Of a stretch of 64,000 nucleotides of DNA, positions 39,521 through 54,139 are shown one piece after another (the stretch's first letter is position 1; each line of letters starts with the position of its first letter). Source of the DNA: Octopus vulgaris (lineage: Eukaryota); NCBI GenBank assembly GCA_951406725.2, contig OX597815.1, positions 50,902,001-50,966,000 of the forward strand. The letters are read 5' to 3'. The position numbers were made by a program, and so were the translations under genes. The notes below the pieces were generated by a model. The model saw only the letters and a list, made by a program, of their open reading frames with translations, had not been told where the DNA came from and searched no databases.

Positions 39521-40300
39521 ATATGTATGTAATGACTTTTTTTAATACCTTCAACGACAGAAAAAGTTACAATTTAAGCTGATGGTGACAATAATAATAA
39601 TAGAACTAATGTGTTGATTCAGTCGGCAGTTAATTGTGACTTTTGCTTTTAAACATGTCACAGAGGATTGAACTTGACACAAAAACAAATACAAAAGGAA
39701 ACAAAAAAGAAACTCTTTTAAATCTATTTGTTGTTTTGAACTCTTTTGACATCGAATATTTACTATTTTTGATTTTTTTAATATTTGGTTTGATAAAATT
39801 TATAGACGCCTCCCCCTTACCTTTAATACTATTATTACCATCGTCATCATTACAATTTTTATCATTTTTATGTTAGAAGAATCTAAAAGATTTAAGTTTT
39901 GCATCATGTTAGTATTTCATTTGGCTTAAATCTCCACTAAATGTAAAATATTTTGCTTGGAAATGAAGAAAAAATATGAGTTTGAAGCTAGATACAAAAG
40001 TTCAAATTTGTGGGAATTTCTTCACTTTGTGTTCTAAGGTGCAGCTTTTTGGTTTGAAGCAGGCTTTCAGTTCCGAAAGCAGTGCCCCAGTTGTTTTGTT
40101 ATTTATTTTAGTCAGATTTTTTTATGTGCAATTAAAGTAGATATGACAGTGTTTTGTTTTTTGTAACTAAAAAGACATTGTAAATACCAACATTTTTCTA
40201 TCAGAAAATAAACAATGAATGAATCATGTAGATATGAATAGACTTGTGTGATGGAGGGTGTGTTTAAACAATTTGTGTAGTTACATGTATTTGTGTGTGC

Positions 40301-40341
<41 letters not shown>

Positions 40342-41220
40342 CATATATGTATGTACATATGAATGTGTGTGTGTGGATATGTATGCATATACATAAATAT
40401 ATGTGTATGCACACATATATGTATAAGAAATACATGCACATACATTTTACTATATAATTCATTGATTGGAATGGAAAGAGAAAGTTTCTAATACTTTCAA
40501 AGGACTAAATTTGTACAAAACTGTAGTTATACCTTAATAAACATTCATCAGCTTGACAGTACCATTTCACTAGAAGAAAATGGTAAACGTTTTTTGGATC
40601 AAGTTGAATTAAGTTCTTAATATAAATGCTACAATCTAGTAAGATTTTTATAAATCAGTCTTGTATGCTTGCAGTGGCATGCATCTGTTCTATTATCTTT
40701 GACTCAGACTTTTAACAGTAATTAAAAAAGAATTTTTAAAAAACTTATATTACTTAAATAATACCTAAATTTATAAACTTACAAGACAATACATAGCAAA
40801 AAAGAGTTATCAAATTTTGGTACTACTTACTATTTGCTGTGGATATTCTTAAATTTTTGTTTTCTTCTAACAAACCTTAAAACTGTTTAATGGAAATTTA
40901 AAAGTTCCTTTAGACATCGATACCTTTTTAAGAATGTTGTTCTGCTCTCCATATTTGTATACACTTGAGCAAATTGTTTGCATGTATGTATGTCTACAAA
41001 TGCAGATGTGTGCATGTGTGTGTGTTACATATATGGATATTGTATGTGTGAGTGTATAAAATAGTGAACAACAGGATATGATCTTGCTTATTATAGATAA
41101 TTACATCAAAGGGTTTTATATATAAATAAAATTACAAAAAAAAATATATAATCTTTTTTTTTACTTAGTTTCTTTTAAGAAACAATGTTCATTTGATTTA
41201 ATATTTACCTGATGCTCTCC

Positions 41221-41251
<31 letters not shown>

Positions 41252-42616
41252 CCTATCTATCTATCTATTTATCTACTTATCTCTGAACCACTTTTAAATT
41301 GAGTGAGCTGCAATTATACAACATGGTCCCAAACTCTAAATTCAGTGCAATCACACTTTCTTGCTGATTCTTGTTTTTTTTTTTTCTTCAAAGATATATA
41401 TATGTATATATACATACATATATAAGAGCGTTATAGTTTGCTTTTATATATATATATATATATATATATAAAGCATCTTATTACTGACTTCATACAATTG
41501 TTTCTTTTGATTTACATATTATAGTAGTATACTGGTAATGTCATCTTGCTTGTGAGATAAGATTTTCTCTAGAAAAATCATGAATAGATATACAAGAAAG
41601 GATTAGATTTATTTACCAATATTAAGAGAAAATAGTTTAAACATTAATCTGTGTATCATTTTCAGCTTAAGTATATATTACCTAATCCCATCTTTTAGAT
41701 TTTGTTTTTGTAGGTCATTTCTTTTTATAAATATGGCATGTGGCTTTTACAGATGTCATCCCAATAACGTTTATCATTCACATTTTTGTTCTCAATGATA
41801 AGATGCTTCTTTTGTTTTAGTCTTTGCTTGCACTATGCGGCTTATTGGTTTTTGTTTTTTTTAAATCTGGACAGAGTTTTCAATGAGTAAAACAATTTAG
41901 AGAACAAACAAATCTTCCAGAATTACTATTAAGCAGATTGTTAATAATAATATTGAATTGAAGTCAGAGTTACAAAAATAAAAATAAAATATTTCTCAAT
42001 AATTATATAGGTGCGAAACCACCCAGCAAGTCTTAGCTAGTTCCCATTTAATCACACTATGTCAATAAACTTCTGAATATTCTACTTACCTTTAATATAC
42101 CTACCCACCCTGCATACACACATGCATGTACAAATGATATACATTTCATTGTTTCTATGGAATTATCAGACTATTTGCCAGATCATATGTAAATGCTAAG
42201 CACTGTAACTTATTTTCATTGTATTTAGATTTTTCTTGACAATATTGGACAAATACAATGTGTTCATAACTATCAATAAACTATTATAAGTGCATAAAAG
42301 ATGAAGGAAATGATATAGCAATTAAAAATCTTTCCCTTCTTAAGATTAGGGATATTTTCATAAAGAACAAAAATTGGTATTCATATTTATTGTTAATAAT
42401 GAATGGAGTAGAAAATTTAAGAAAAAGAGAATACGCTAAAAAATAAATTCAGTTATTTTGGTGATAAAGGAATAAATTAGTGGATATTTTAAAGTAAAGC
42501 AAAGCACAAGGAAAAACCTCAAGTTCTTAAATCTGGATTCACACTAAAATATTAGTTAGCATCACTGCCACTGGTGGAGAAGCTGACTTAGACAATTCAA
42601 TATAAAAGGAAATTAT

Positions 42617-42802
42617 GGCAGAATTGTTAGCATGCCAGGCAAAATGCTTAGCAGCATTTTGTCCATTTTTACATTCTTAGTTCAAATTCCTCCAAGGTCA
42701 TCTTTGCCTTTCATCCTTTCAGGGTTAATAAAATAAGTATTAGTTGTTTACTGGGGTCAACATGATCAACATAACATTGCTGGCCTTGTGCAAAATTTGA
42801 AA
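42617..42802 (+). mobile_element. SINE family A with 20-bp TSD
   Basis: ggcagaattgttagcatgccaggcaaaatgcttagc...gcctttcatcctttcagggttaataaaataagta...ggccttgtgcaaaatttgaaa. Flanked by tcaatataaaa(g/a)gaaattat at 42597-42616 and 42803-42822. Confidence 0.85.
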
Positions 42803-44554
42803 TCAATATAAAAAGAAATTATAAAAGGAACAAAAAATAAAATTCTTTAAAATTCACCATGACATTGATTCTCCTGTATTTATGAAAGTAGGTTTTTTTA
42901 AAAAGAACACATGATCAGTTTTTGCTGAAAGAGGAATAGAATTGATGCCAATCAATAACTAATACTTAGTTTATCATTACTAAGCATATAAGAAAAATTT
43001 AATTAGCTCCAACAGAACGTTTTCTTAGAACAGTACCAAACTAGTTTGTTATGAATTCAATCAAGTGTTATATTGTTTAGCTAGCTCAAATTACTGAGAC
43101 ATGATGAGTTAAATTTATCAGGGAGGAAGAACACAAATTGCCAGGTTTATACCAATTTCAAGGGCATTTGCACTGGAAATGAAGAAAATTATTCAAACTG
43201 GAAACTGAAACTAGGTTACAAATTTGAATTTACAATTAGAACTTACTTCAATATTTCAATAGCAATCATAACAACAACGATGATGAGGAGGAGAATGATT
43301 AAAAGAAAAATTTTCCGAATTACTATGATTTTGTTTCTTTAGGGGTTTTCGTCTCATCCATAAGTAAAAGTTCAGGGATTTCTTTTTAAATACAAAATAT
43401 GTTAACTTGGTCCTTAATGTCTTCCAAATGGTAATAACAATGCTTAAAATTTCTAATCTCTCAAAAAATGAAATATAAACTCAGTCACTGGAAAATAGTA
43501 GAAAATAATAGGCAACACAAAATAAATAAATAAAATAATGCATAAACAGCATAAATTTCTTTGAATTTTAATTCTTTTTTTCAATTATAGAACTTCTTTT
43601 CTGACTTGCATATGTCTCCCTCACCATTTATTATTGATATAATGATGATGATTATCATCATTAACATTATAGTTATTATTATTATTATTATTATTATTAT
43701 CGATATTATAATTACTATTATTATTATTATAATTATTATTGATTAGTATTGCTACTGTTAGTTTCTTTCAACCAAAATGAAAATGTCAAAACTTCATGGA
43801 AAAAATAACTAAAAATAAGTAAATAAAAAAAACTCAGAATACGTGGACAACAAAATATTCATTTTAATGAAAACATTTTTTTTTTCTACATTCATTATGT
43901 TTATTATTTTGAAATCCACACCAGCAACAGCCAAGTGTTTTTTGGTTTTTTTGTGTTTTTTTTTATATACTCTTGAAACAATAATTTTACATTTTTTTCC
44001 CTTTTTCTACAACTCCTTTTATAAAAAATGTTAAAAATGATTAAAAAAAATATTAATGAAACAAAATCAGTATAAAAAGAACAAAGAATGTCGTTACTGG
44101 ACTACACAGCATGCATTCTCCGTGAAGTGCCAATGAAAAAATAAATACCTTATTGAAGATTCCTAACTCTCTTACCAGTGGCAGTGGTGATATCCCTGAA
44201 AACAAACAAACAAATGCAACAACAACTACAATAATAAACATACTAAAATGTTACTGTTGAATTTAGAGGTCTCTGGTCTTAGATGGTTTATTTAGTCACA
44301 TATTTTGTGATGCAATTTGAAGTGATTTCTAGTGTAGTACCTAGTAGATTAACAGCTACATTAGGGTACAATCAGTTGTAAGTTATTTTAGCAAGACTTA
44401 TTTCAGTAACTTCAATTCCAGTGCAGGACTGGCCAGTCTGCCATGCACTGTAGCAATCAGTTGTACCATACTGTTTCTTTGTATTTATTGTTAAATTACT
44501 GAAGATATTTATATGGCACTAACTTGACTGGTTTTTTTAATCAGTTGGGCTAGT

Positions 44555-44600
44555 AATAAACATTTATAACCAACATATTTGTGTTCTTATTTTTCTTTAT
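44555..44600 (+). terminator. Candidate distal polyadenylation signal of the basonuclin-like gene
   Basis: AATAAA at 44555-44560, CA about 15 nt downstream, then a GU/U-rich tract (tttgtgttcttatttttctt). Many other AATAAA occur upstream, so this is tentative. Confidence 0.3.
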
Positions 44601-47600
44601 TTACTACTTGTATTTGCTTTGCGATACATTAATGAATGTCAATGTGGCCTAAAAATCAATGCAGTATCAAGTTTCAGATAAGAAAAAAAAATAGATTTAG
44701 TCTCAATTTGATAATATGAATTTACTTTGCTAATATAGTGACTATACTAATTTATTTTGCTAATTTAGAGACAAAATAAATTTACTTAACTAATTTAGTG
44801 TAAAGAGTGCTATAGAAACATTTTACTAGAAAATGACTGGGGCCTCAGGTTTCTAGTCTGTGGTTTGTACCCAGCATGAAACTTCTAAAAAGTGTGATCA
44901 GATTGAACATGCAAAATAAAAGATAGAAAGAGAAAACGGAAAAAGTCTATAGAAGCGAAGCAGGCCACAAATTTTGACAAAGATAAATAAAAGTTGAAAT
45001 ATATTGAATTTATTTTCTCTATTGTTTTTACCATTATGTAGAAAAGTATGAGGTCCATATCTGAAGAAGAAAGAAGATTAACTCAAATCAGAATACAATT
45101 CCTCCAAATCCCTATCAAGGATGGCTTGTCATAAGTGAAAAGTGTAGCACTCGTCAGGAAATTAAATTATTCAACCTATTTAATATGGCTGTTATTCTAT
45201 CCTTATATAAAACTGAAAATATCTGAATTGGGTTGTTGAATAAAGTAATGTCCAAAAGTCAGGATACAATATTAATGCATCTATACTTGCAGACTTGGTT
45301 GGAAATACTTTTTAAAAAATAACCTTCCACTATAGATGCTGGAATATTAGAGAGAATGTTCTTCAATTTAAGCATGTTTACCTTATGAAAATTGAAATTA
45401 AGTTATTTACATTCATTATCACTTTTATCATAAGATTTATCTTCCTTTTGTTGCTGTGATTGCTGGAAATGACACACTGCTAAACTAAGCCCTTAGAATA
45501 TTTAATTTTACCTCATAATCTAAGTTAAAAAATCCTGAGCTTATCTTTCTTCAGATTGGAGGGCCAGTAAGTACAAATGTTATACTGGAATTAATTGAAT
45601 CTTCTGTACCCTTCTAGAAAACTGATTTTATATCTAAGAAATCATCATGCAGCATCATAAAATGATAACTTTGAATGCTTTTGACAAAGCATTTAAAATG
45701 TATGTTGATGAAACCCTTAAAAATAGAAAATAATCTTGTATTGTCTTTTTCCCTCGTTCCTACTCATATTACTTACTCTATGAAATTTAATCATGGAAAC
45801 ATACTTGATTTTAGAAAAACATTAAATAAATTATTTTACTCTTAAAAATTAAACATTTTTCAAAATATTTGTACAGGACAATTCATTTCGTTTATCACTG
45901 TTTGAGTTTTCAAATCTAAAGCTTAAAGAACATGTAGAAGAAAATGAAAAGTACCTACACCACAATTTTGGAAGGAAGCCAAACAACATTAACAAAAGAA
46001 TTTTAATATCTCAGAAGAATTCATCATTTTTTTTTTCTCTTGTTCAACTCATGTAACAAGTATTTCTCTAAAGAAAAACAATTGCATTATAAGTTTTATT
46101 AACAATAATGATTAAGTAGATGCCATTAAAATCTTAACATATTGTTCCTATAATATTCACAAATACATTTGTCTATTCAAGCTCAGGCAGCTTTCTACTG
46201 ACTTTATTCAAAGAATACTTTCCACAGCACAGATTGCTTCTTTTTTATCTATATATTTTCAAATCTTAGCTACTACAGTGAAATTGCTATTCTCTTTACA
46301 CAAATGTAATGCACCAAACTGAAGTTAAAACAACATAAGTACCAAACCTGTCACAGTAAAACTAAACATTAAACAGCTGAGAAAATATAGTGTCAAGCAA
46401 AGCTCGTCTTGTATAGATAAACTTACTAAGATATAAGAATACAGTTTGTTTTGGTTTTCCTTAAAGGTAAATTTCAGACTAAAATAAAACGTAATTTACA
46501 AACATAATTTAATTTTCTGTAAACAATATTTCATCACTTGGATCAATTTTGGAATTAAGTACATTATTATATAGCAAAATGAATATCATTAATTTTGATA
46601 GTGGAACTTTTGGTGGCTTTCAAAAGAATAAATGATCTAAAATTTCAATGGTGTATAACCTGTCAACAATTCAGCAAAGTATCTTTGAATAAAACCGAGT
46701 TTACTTTGCTGTAAATAACAAGGTATGTAAGCAGTGGGGGAGACATACCAGAGTCTTTTCATTAGGTTTTAGGGCGAAGTTTTGTGTTATTCTTCAGATA
46801 CTCGATCCTTTCTGTCTTACCTGATCTGAAAATCTGATAGCTAGTTCTTTCAGGCAATTTTTGATATGATGTATAGATAAAAAGAAAAGTATCTATCTTG
46901 CTCGGTTCCAGAGTGAGTCAGAACATGAAGATAAGAGAATGGAATGAACATTGGAATATTCACTTTCATATTTCTTGGTTACAGCTTTCTAAGTATTAAC
47001 CATTTGTGACACACTTTTTAATACTACAATTTTTGACACATTAAGTTTTGTCGGCAAGCAGAAATTAATAATAAACAATTAAATAACATATGACATGTCT
47101 GGTTATATGTTATGATATCTGACATCAAATATTTGTATTTTATTGAATTTGACTTAATTTCATGATGTCTAGAGTTTATTGACCACACACATTTTGGAAA
47201 TCACTCATCTCAGCTTTGGTTTCAAAATCCACTAAGATTAAGCTTGCCTTTTATCCCATTGGGCCCATGAAAGGAATAGCAATGCTAATTCAGATACATT
47301 TAGTTAAATTTGTGTTGTGCCATTTCTACATTTAAAAAAAGAAATAGCTATTAAGCAGAATAGTTTGGGAAAAGCTATATCTAGAAGTTCCAATGTATAA
47401 ATTGTCTAATTTACATTATTAAATTAACGTTGGAAATGCAAACGAATTTAAACTGCAAGTAAAAAATGGTTTTCAAATAAAAGAAATATGATTGAAGCTA
47501 AACTGTTCAAATTAAATGGAACTGAATTATTAAAATCAGCATAATGTAATAACATTATGAACGTGACTTTCTCAGAGTCACTGTGATAATTAATTAAGCC

Positions 47601-48564
47601 ATGCAACAATTTTTCTTTCCCCTACCTCCTCTTAGGTAGACAAAGAGGCTGTATCTATGACCTTTTCAGGCTCTCAGAGACTGGTCAAACAGTTATGATT
47701 GACGTTCAGTTTGAAGAGATGTAAAATGACAACATTCAAGGAAATTTGGAGAATTCGAATGGGTGGATACTTTAAGGATAAGCCATAGTGATTGGTGTGG
47801 GCCTGAGATGGGAGACAGGATGGGTTGGCAGTCTTTTGTCCCGAGATGAAACGATCAAGATAAAAATGCAACAAGTAGAAGCACAATATGCAGTGTGCCC
47901 TTCCAAATGGTAGAGAATCAATATTTCTACAATTATGATGGTTAAAAAGCATTTTTTTCTCACTCTAGTTTCAGCTCAGAGCTGCGACCATGCTGATGCA
48001 CATATAAAAACTTACAGTTTAGATAACTGCATTGGAACTATAGATGAATATTTAAGAGGTGAGTAGGGATAAAATAAGTTAATTGGTTAATTAGCAGCAA
48101 GAAAAGTTTACAGAGAAACTAAAATGAGGACATTTAACATTGAACCATCATATAATATATTTACTTGGGTTCATTAGGATCTTGATAATAATGCAACACA
48201 GAGGAATGCAGCAAAGGCTTCATCAGAGCAGACAGCACTACATAATAGATATAACAGATGTATGCAAGAAAAAAGTGAAAGTAAAAATAAATAAATAAAT
48301 CCTAGCCTGTAGTAAAACAAAACGGTTATTACATGGCTGTAGTGGTTATAGCTTTCCCAATTTGGTGCAGCGGATACATGTGTGAGAGAGGTTACAAAAC
48401 ATGCTACAGTGTGGGTATTTTCCTGCTAGAATCAATGTTGCTCAGCATTAACTGGAGAGAGAGCAACAGGTACTGGAATTAGTGTGATGTCCAGTTGACA
48501 ACTAATGTAGGGAGTATCCATCAGAACAAGCAGTATGTAAATTAATAATAATAATGATGATGAT

Positions 48565-48988
48565 GGTTTCAAATTTTGGCACAAGGCCAGCAGTTTCAGG
48601 GGAGGGAGCAAGTTGATTACATTGACCTACTGTTCAACTTGTACTTATTTTATTGATCCTGAAAGATGAAAGGCAAAGTTGACCTCAACAGAATTTGAAC
48701 TCAGAACATAAAGACGGACAAAATACTGCAAAGCATTTTGCCCAGTGTGCTAATGATTCTGCCAGAATAAAGATAAAAATAATAATCCTTTCTACTATAG
48801 GCACAAGGTCTGAAATTTGTCGGGAGGGGGTAAATGCATTACATCAACCCCAGTACTTGACTCATACTTAATTTATCAACCCCAAAAGGATAAAAAGCAA
48901 AGTCAACCTCAGCAGAATTTGAACTCAAAACGTAGTGATGTATGAAATGCTGCAAAGCATTTTGCCCAGCATGCTAATAATTCTGCCA
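48565..48988 (-). mobile_element. Two tandem SINE family A copies (48565-48764, 48787-48988)
   Basis: Each copy reads ggcacaagg...tacttattttattga...aaaggcaaagt..acctc..cagaatttgaactca...gcattttgcccag...ttctgcca. Confidence 0.85.
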
Positions 48989-49010
48989 TAATAATAATAA
49001 TAATAATAAT

Positions 49011-49280
49011 CTAAAAACAGAAACAATTCCTATCATAGTAAGTGCGTTAGGTATGATAAAAAAATATTCAGACAAATACATAACAAAAACACCAGGACTT
49101 AAAAATATATATAACATACAGAAAATTGCACTACTGGGCAGCACTGCACACATCCTACGCAAAACACTTTCTATACAGAAACCATCAGAGAATCACAACA
49201 AATCACAGCACATACCCAAGGCACACAGAGCTGCGCTCGGTAGTGAAGTGAAAGCATGCTATAAAAATAAAACTACTGAA
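49011..49280 (+). mobile_element. 5'-truncated 3' end of an RLE-type non-LTR retrotransposon (R4/Dong/Hero-like) inserted in (TAA)n
   Basis: Translation ETIPIIVSALGMIKKYSDKYITKTPGLKNIYNIQKIALLGSTAHILRKTLS matches the C-terminal PIVIGALG...QKIALLGTAHILR motif of restriction-like-endonuclease LINEs. taa repeats on both sides. Confidence 0.8.
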
Positions 49281-49584
49281 TAATAATAACAATATCTATC
49301 AATCAATCTCTCCCCATTTATGTGTGTGTGTGTGTGAATGCATGTATTTACATATACATTTATAATATATAGACACATGCATACACATAGTGATTAAGAG
49401 ACCTTTTTAATGTTTGGCCTAAGAAGTAGACTATTCAGATCTGGGAAGTCACAGATTTTCCACTCACAGCAAAAGAGTGTAGAGCTTCTGACTGAAGCAG
49501 GTGGTGCTGATCCATCTGGCAGAAGAGAGTGAGGTTCTAGATGTCTAAGGCTAAAACAAATAAATAAACACACACATACACATA

Positions 49585-50185
49585 TTCTTTTATTCTTTTT
49601 CTTGTTTCAGTCATTAGACTGCAGTCATGCTGGAGAACAGTCTTGAAGTATTTTTGTTGAATGAATCTACTTTTTGTTTAAACCTGGTACTTATTCTATT
49701 AGGCTCTTTTGCTGCACCACTAACTTATGGGAACAACGGTTGTCAAGCAGTGGAGGAGGACACACATGCATGGCATGTAAAAAGCACCATTTGAGCATGG
49801 TCGATACCAGTACTACATGACTGGCCCTTGTGCTGGTGGCACATAGAAGCACCCACTGTACTCTCAGAGTGGTTGGCATTAGGAAGGGCATCCAGCTGTA
49901 GAAACTGCCAGATCAAACTGGAGCCTGGTGCAGCATTCTGGCTTACCAGCCCTCAGTCAAACCGTCCAACCCATGCCAGCATGGAAAGCAGACGTTAAAC
50001 GATGATGACTGATGGTATATATATCAGAAGCTTCTTTCAGTTTCCATTTACCAAATCCACTCAAAAGGCTCTGGTCAGCCCAAGGCTTTAGTAGAAGGCA
50101 TTTACCAAAGGTACTATTGAGTGGGATGTCTCTGAAATTGTGTGGCTAGAAAGTAAACTTCTTAACCACAGAATCCTGTCTGGGG
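49585..50185. mobile_element. Cluster of SINEs: family C (~49585-49760), family B (+, ~49772-50013), tRNA-head SINE (-, ~50025-50185)
   Basis: tgtttcagtcattagactgcagtcatgctggag; ggcattaggaagggcatccagctgtagaaac...ccatgccagcatggaaagcagacgttaaacgatgatga; cttctttcagtttccatttaccaaatccactc. Confidence 0.8.
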
Positions 50186-52247
50186 CAGGAGAACAGTGGT
50201 GGCTACATGTAAATTTAGTAGAACTCTCTTGAAACTGGAAGTCTTTCTTGCTTACATGTATACAAGAAAGGTAAGTGGTAAGTTGAAACTACCTAAGTGT
50301 AGTTACTCTTATCTCAGGATGAATGAAGTGAGAATATTTAAAGTAGTATGTACAGCATGGGTGGATTAGAGATAAGGGATGAGAAATATATTTATTTAAT
50401 GTGCATTTATGTTTATAAGATTTTAAAACCTGAATATCATGGGTGCATGTTATGCAGGAGACATGTATCACCCTATATAGAATTTAGTTACATCCAGCAT
50501 CCAGGACAATTGACATGTAACAAAGAATTGAGACTGCTTTAATAATGCCATATTTTGTTTTTGGTAGTGATAATATACTCAATATTCATCAAAACTAGGA
50601 AACATGAGCCAACTTTCTGTACAGAAGGTCAAAATGTAATACTTCCATTATTGAAAATAATACTTGAATTATTTAACTTGAAGATTAAATTAATATATAA
50701 TCAATACAAATACATCTCAGATACTGTAATGATAAAAATGTAAATATATATAAACTTATACAATTAATACTTCACTTTCTGAAATACTGTAATTGTTATA
50801 ATGAACTATCAATATGGGGAAAGAAATCCATTTGATATTGAAAATATCTAAGTATAAACGTTTACTTTTGCATTATGTCTGTTATATCCTTCCATACTGG
50901 TTGACTTTTCATATGCTGACTTTACAGCAGATACACTTACACAGCTTACACAGGTAAAGTTAAAAGGTCACTTTTGAATTTACATATTCGTTTGAGGATA
51001 CATGAACTTTTTCAATGTACTTTTGATGAGGAAATATAACTTACTAAGAACCTCTTTTTCTATATAGCTTAATATTACGAAAAAAAACAAAAACAAAATA
51101 TATTCCTTATGCATGAGAAAATTTGCTCCTTAGATTTCGTAGCTCATAATTAGTGTTGCACATTATACATGTAGGCACACTGTATGCAAATAAATACAAA
51201 TACATGACACCTCAAAGAGGAATAAGAATAGAGTGTTTAGAAAATAGGATAGACATTAGGCAGAAGTCACCAGGTATTATCACAAAAGAGGATGACTTGT
51301 CACATGGATCCATCATTATATAGAAGTTGCATAAAATTTAAAGGTGATATTAAGCATTCGTAACAGCAATCCAGGAAGAAGTGTACAGTAAATTATATCA
51401 ATGAGAATTATCTTATTTTCTGAGCTACAAGATCTGCTAATGAAGTTTTTTTCTCCTTTGTGTTTTATATATTAAAATGGATCCTGAAAACAACAACAGA
51501 AAGTTATAAATGACAGTGAAAATATTGGAATGGGTTTAACTAACATTACAAATTATTGATAAAAAATTTGACAAAACTGCAACAGAATGAAGAATACTCA
51601 AAAATGTAGATCCTCATTGAAAATCTTTTCTAAATCAACTCAGGCAAATTTCTTCGCTTGGAACTGTCTGACAAGAAAGATGATATCTGACTTTCCTCTA
51701 TTGCACCCATCCCATTCTGTGTAAAAAGTCCAAACATTTTAGCATCTCTCTATCAATTCTGTTCTGCAACAGCTTCCTTTTGGCATTCTTCAGAACCTCC
51801 CCTTCCTACTTAGTTTTACATTTTTATTTTTTTACTTTAGTGTTCACCTTGATAAGTATATTTACATTTTACTTTCTTCCTTTAGTCCAAACATATTATT
51901 TTGCTCCCAGTGTTATTCCTTCTGTTTATTTCCTCGCTTAGACTTGTTAGCAAGTAAGAGCAGCCATGAAATATTGTCAATGGATAGCTCAAAGCTTCCT
52001 AGATTAGTAAATAGCTTCCTTTACCTGCACAACTTAATTAGTGTTAGGGTTGGTTGCTGAGAGAGTGATTCTAATAAGGAAGGGATGAGAACAAGTTCAG
52101 TGGTATTGTATATGTCTCAGACAAAAAGTAGACCATACAGAGCATGTGTTAAAAGCATGAGGTTGTATGGTTGTGATACATAGAAAAAAAATATGGAAGT
52201 CTTGTGGAGTCTGAAAACAAAGTGTGATTTGTTAGATCTACAATATT

Positions 52248-52422
52248 GGTTTCAAATTTCGGCACAAGGCCAGCAGGTTTGGAGGAGGGGTTACGTTGAT
52301 TACATCATTTTATCGACTCTGAAAGGATAAAAGGCAAACTCAATCTTGGCAGAGTTTGAACTAAAAAAATAAAAGAATGGACAAAATGCCACTAAGCATT
52401 TTGCCCAGCATGCTAACGATTT
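52248..52422 (-). mobile_element. SINE family A
   Basis: ggtttcaaatttcggcacaaggccagc...gaaaggataaaaggcaaa...gcattttgcccagcatgctaacgat. Confidence 0.8.
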
Positions 52423-52821
52423 TTACCTTTGTTAGATGTGTAAGATATTAATTTATATAGAAGGCAGGGTGTGAGTGTATTCAAAAAGGAGCTGGACATT
52501 ACAGGCATCAGTGCTGTTGAGCATTAGAGAAGCTGTTATGCTGGTATAGATATATGAATATGAACAACACAAGTAGGTATATATTGACAACACAACATAA
52601 ATAGACAACACTTGCTGGAGGGAAAAACACTTCTGTGATATGAGAAGTGGCAGAGGCAGACCAATCACAAGGTTGTGGTGTCAAATCCAAAGATGTTGAC
52701 AAAATAACACAAGATCATATGCAATAATAGTGTGCTGCTGTACTATAAACCTAGCCAGCCTGTCATTATAAAAAAACCCACAAATGTTAAAACATCAATG
52801 AAACAAACCACCATTATAATT

Positions 52822-52995
52822 ATTTCTAGTATATACACAAGGCCACAAATTTCAAGGGAAAAGCTTAGTCAATTACATTGGCCCCAGTATATGACAAGTA
52901 CTTTATTTTTTTTTTACCCCAGAACAGGATTTGCCCTCAGAATTTAAAGTGCTGGAACATACACCACAAGACATTTTCTTCCTAAATTCTAATGA
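52822..52995 (-). mobile_element. Degenerate SINE family A
   Basis: cacaaggccacaaattt...gtcaattacattggccccagt...gtactttatttt...ctcagaattt. Confidence 0.55.
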
Positions 52996-53039
52996 TCTTA
53001 CCAATTATATAACAGCTACACTGGAAATTATGGCACAGA

Positions 53040-53900
53040 TTTATCAACATATTATCACCACGTTACCAAGTTGTTAATACATTAAAAAATCTTTGAATAA
53101 ATTTCAGACAGTAAACTTTTCTCTTAGACATTCTTTGAAATTATTTGCAAGAAATATTTAAATTTCTAAATGTCTCCAGCATTCAGTTGATACATATCTG
53201 TGCTGTTGCATAACACTTCAAAGGGTTTCACTCACATTTGATTCATGCAAGAATTAATTAACAATAAACTTTGAAACATCAAAATTAACTAATATAAGAC
53301 ATTTTTCAAGAATATCACTTTAAATTTCAACAATCTAGCTCAAATGAGAGGAAATATTATTTCTTACAACTAGCCTTTTAATCTTAACCTCTAAACTGTT
53401 TCATATAAATATCTAAAAAAATATAGTTATATTTATCATCTGACATTTTGTTCTTTAAACTAATGCCAGGATTTCCAAAGAACCTGCTCTTACAATAATA
53501 TTTCTTCAAATTTTTGCCCAAGCCATTACATCTACAAACATGATTTATTACTGTTTCCATCACTTTGAAAAATTTTATGTCTTCATGAAGCAAAAGAATA
53601 AATTAAAACACACTACATATATTATATACATTTTGGATGTGTTGGAAGTTCTTCAAATGAGATGACTTCAATGGATCTTTGGTGCATTATAGACATATTA
53701 TTCATTTAATGATAGATATTCTACAAACTTTATTTTGCTAGCCAACTGTTTCCAAATTACTTCAGAAAAACAAGTTACATCTTGCATTATCTTGTAAATT
53801 GAATGCATGATACCAGAGCCAATCCTTTACCTATCTCTTGCTGCAAGAATGGTAAGTTCACATAGGCTTGCATGGAACTGACTCAAAAATATCAGCAGAA
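53040..53900 (-). pseudogene. Possible degraded hAT (GTF2IRD2/Charlie-like) transposase remnant
   Basis: Minus-strand fragments resemble the CIIHQ and VMETVI..V.F.R.NGL motifs (KVMETVINHVCRCNGL); many stops. Confidence 0.3.
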
Positions 53901-54139
53901 AGTAAAGATAACAATTGAAAATATTGAACACTGGCAAAAAAAAAATAAAATAAAACTCTACAGGTATGGTAAGAAGTTATCTGTGAGTGATAGATACTTA
54001 CACAGGAAAGTAAATTTTGGGAAGACTCTAAGATTCCAGTCCTAAAAGATTCAGGTTCATCATCACATATTTTGATATATCTTTACATAAATGGAAATCT
54101 GCTAAAACCTTAAAATATTTTGCTTCCCTTGGGGTTTGT

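Noticed and set aside
48150-48535. Possible Penelope GIY-YIG remnant with ctgatgaagcc on the minus strand
   Set aside because: Too degraded; no GAAA box or clear catalytic motif.
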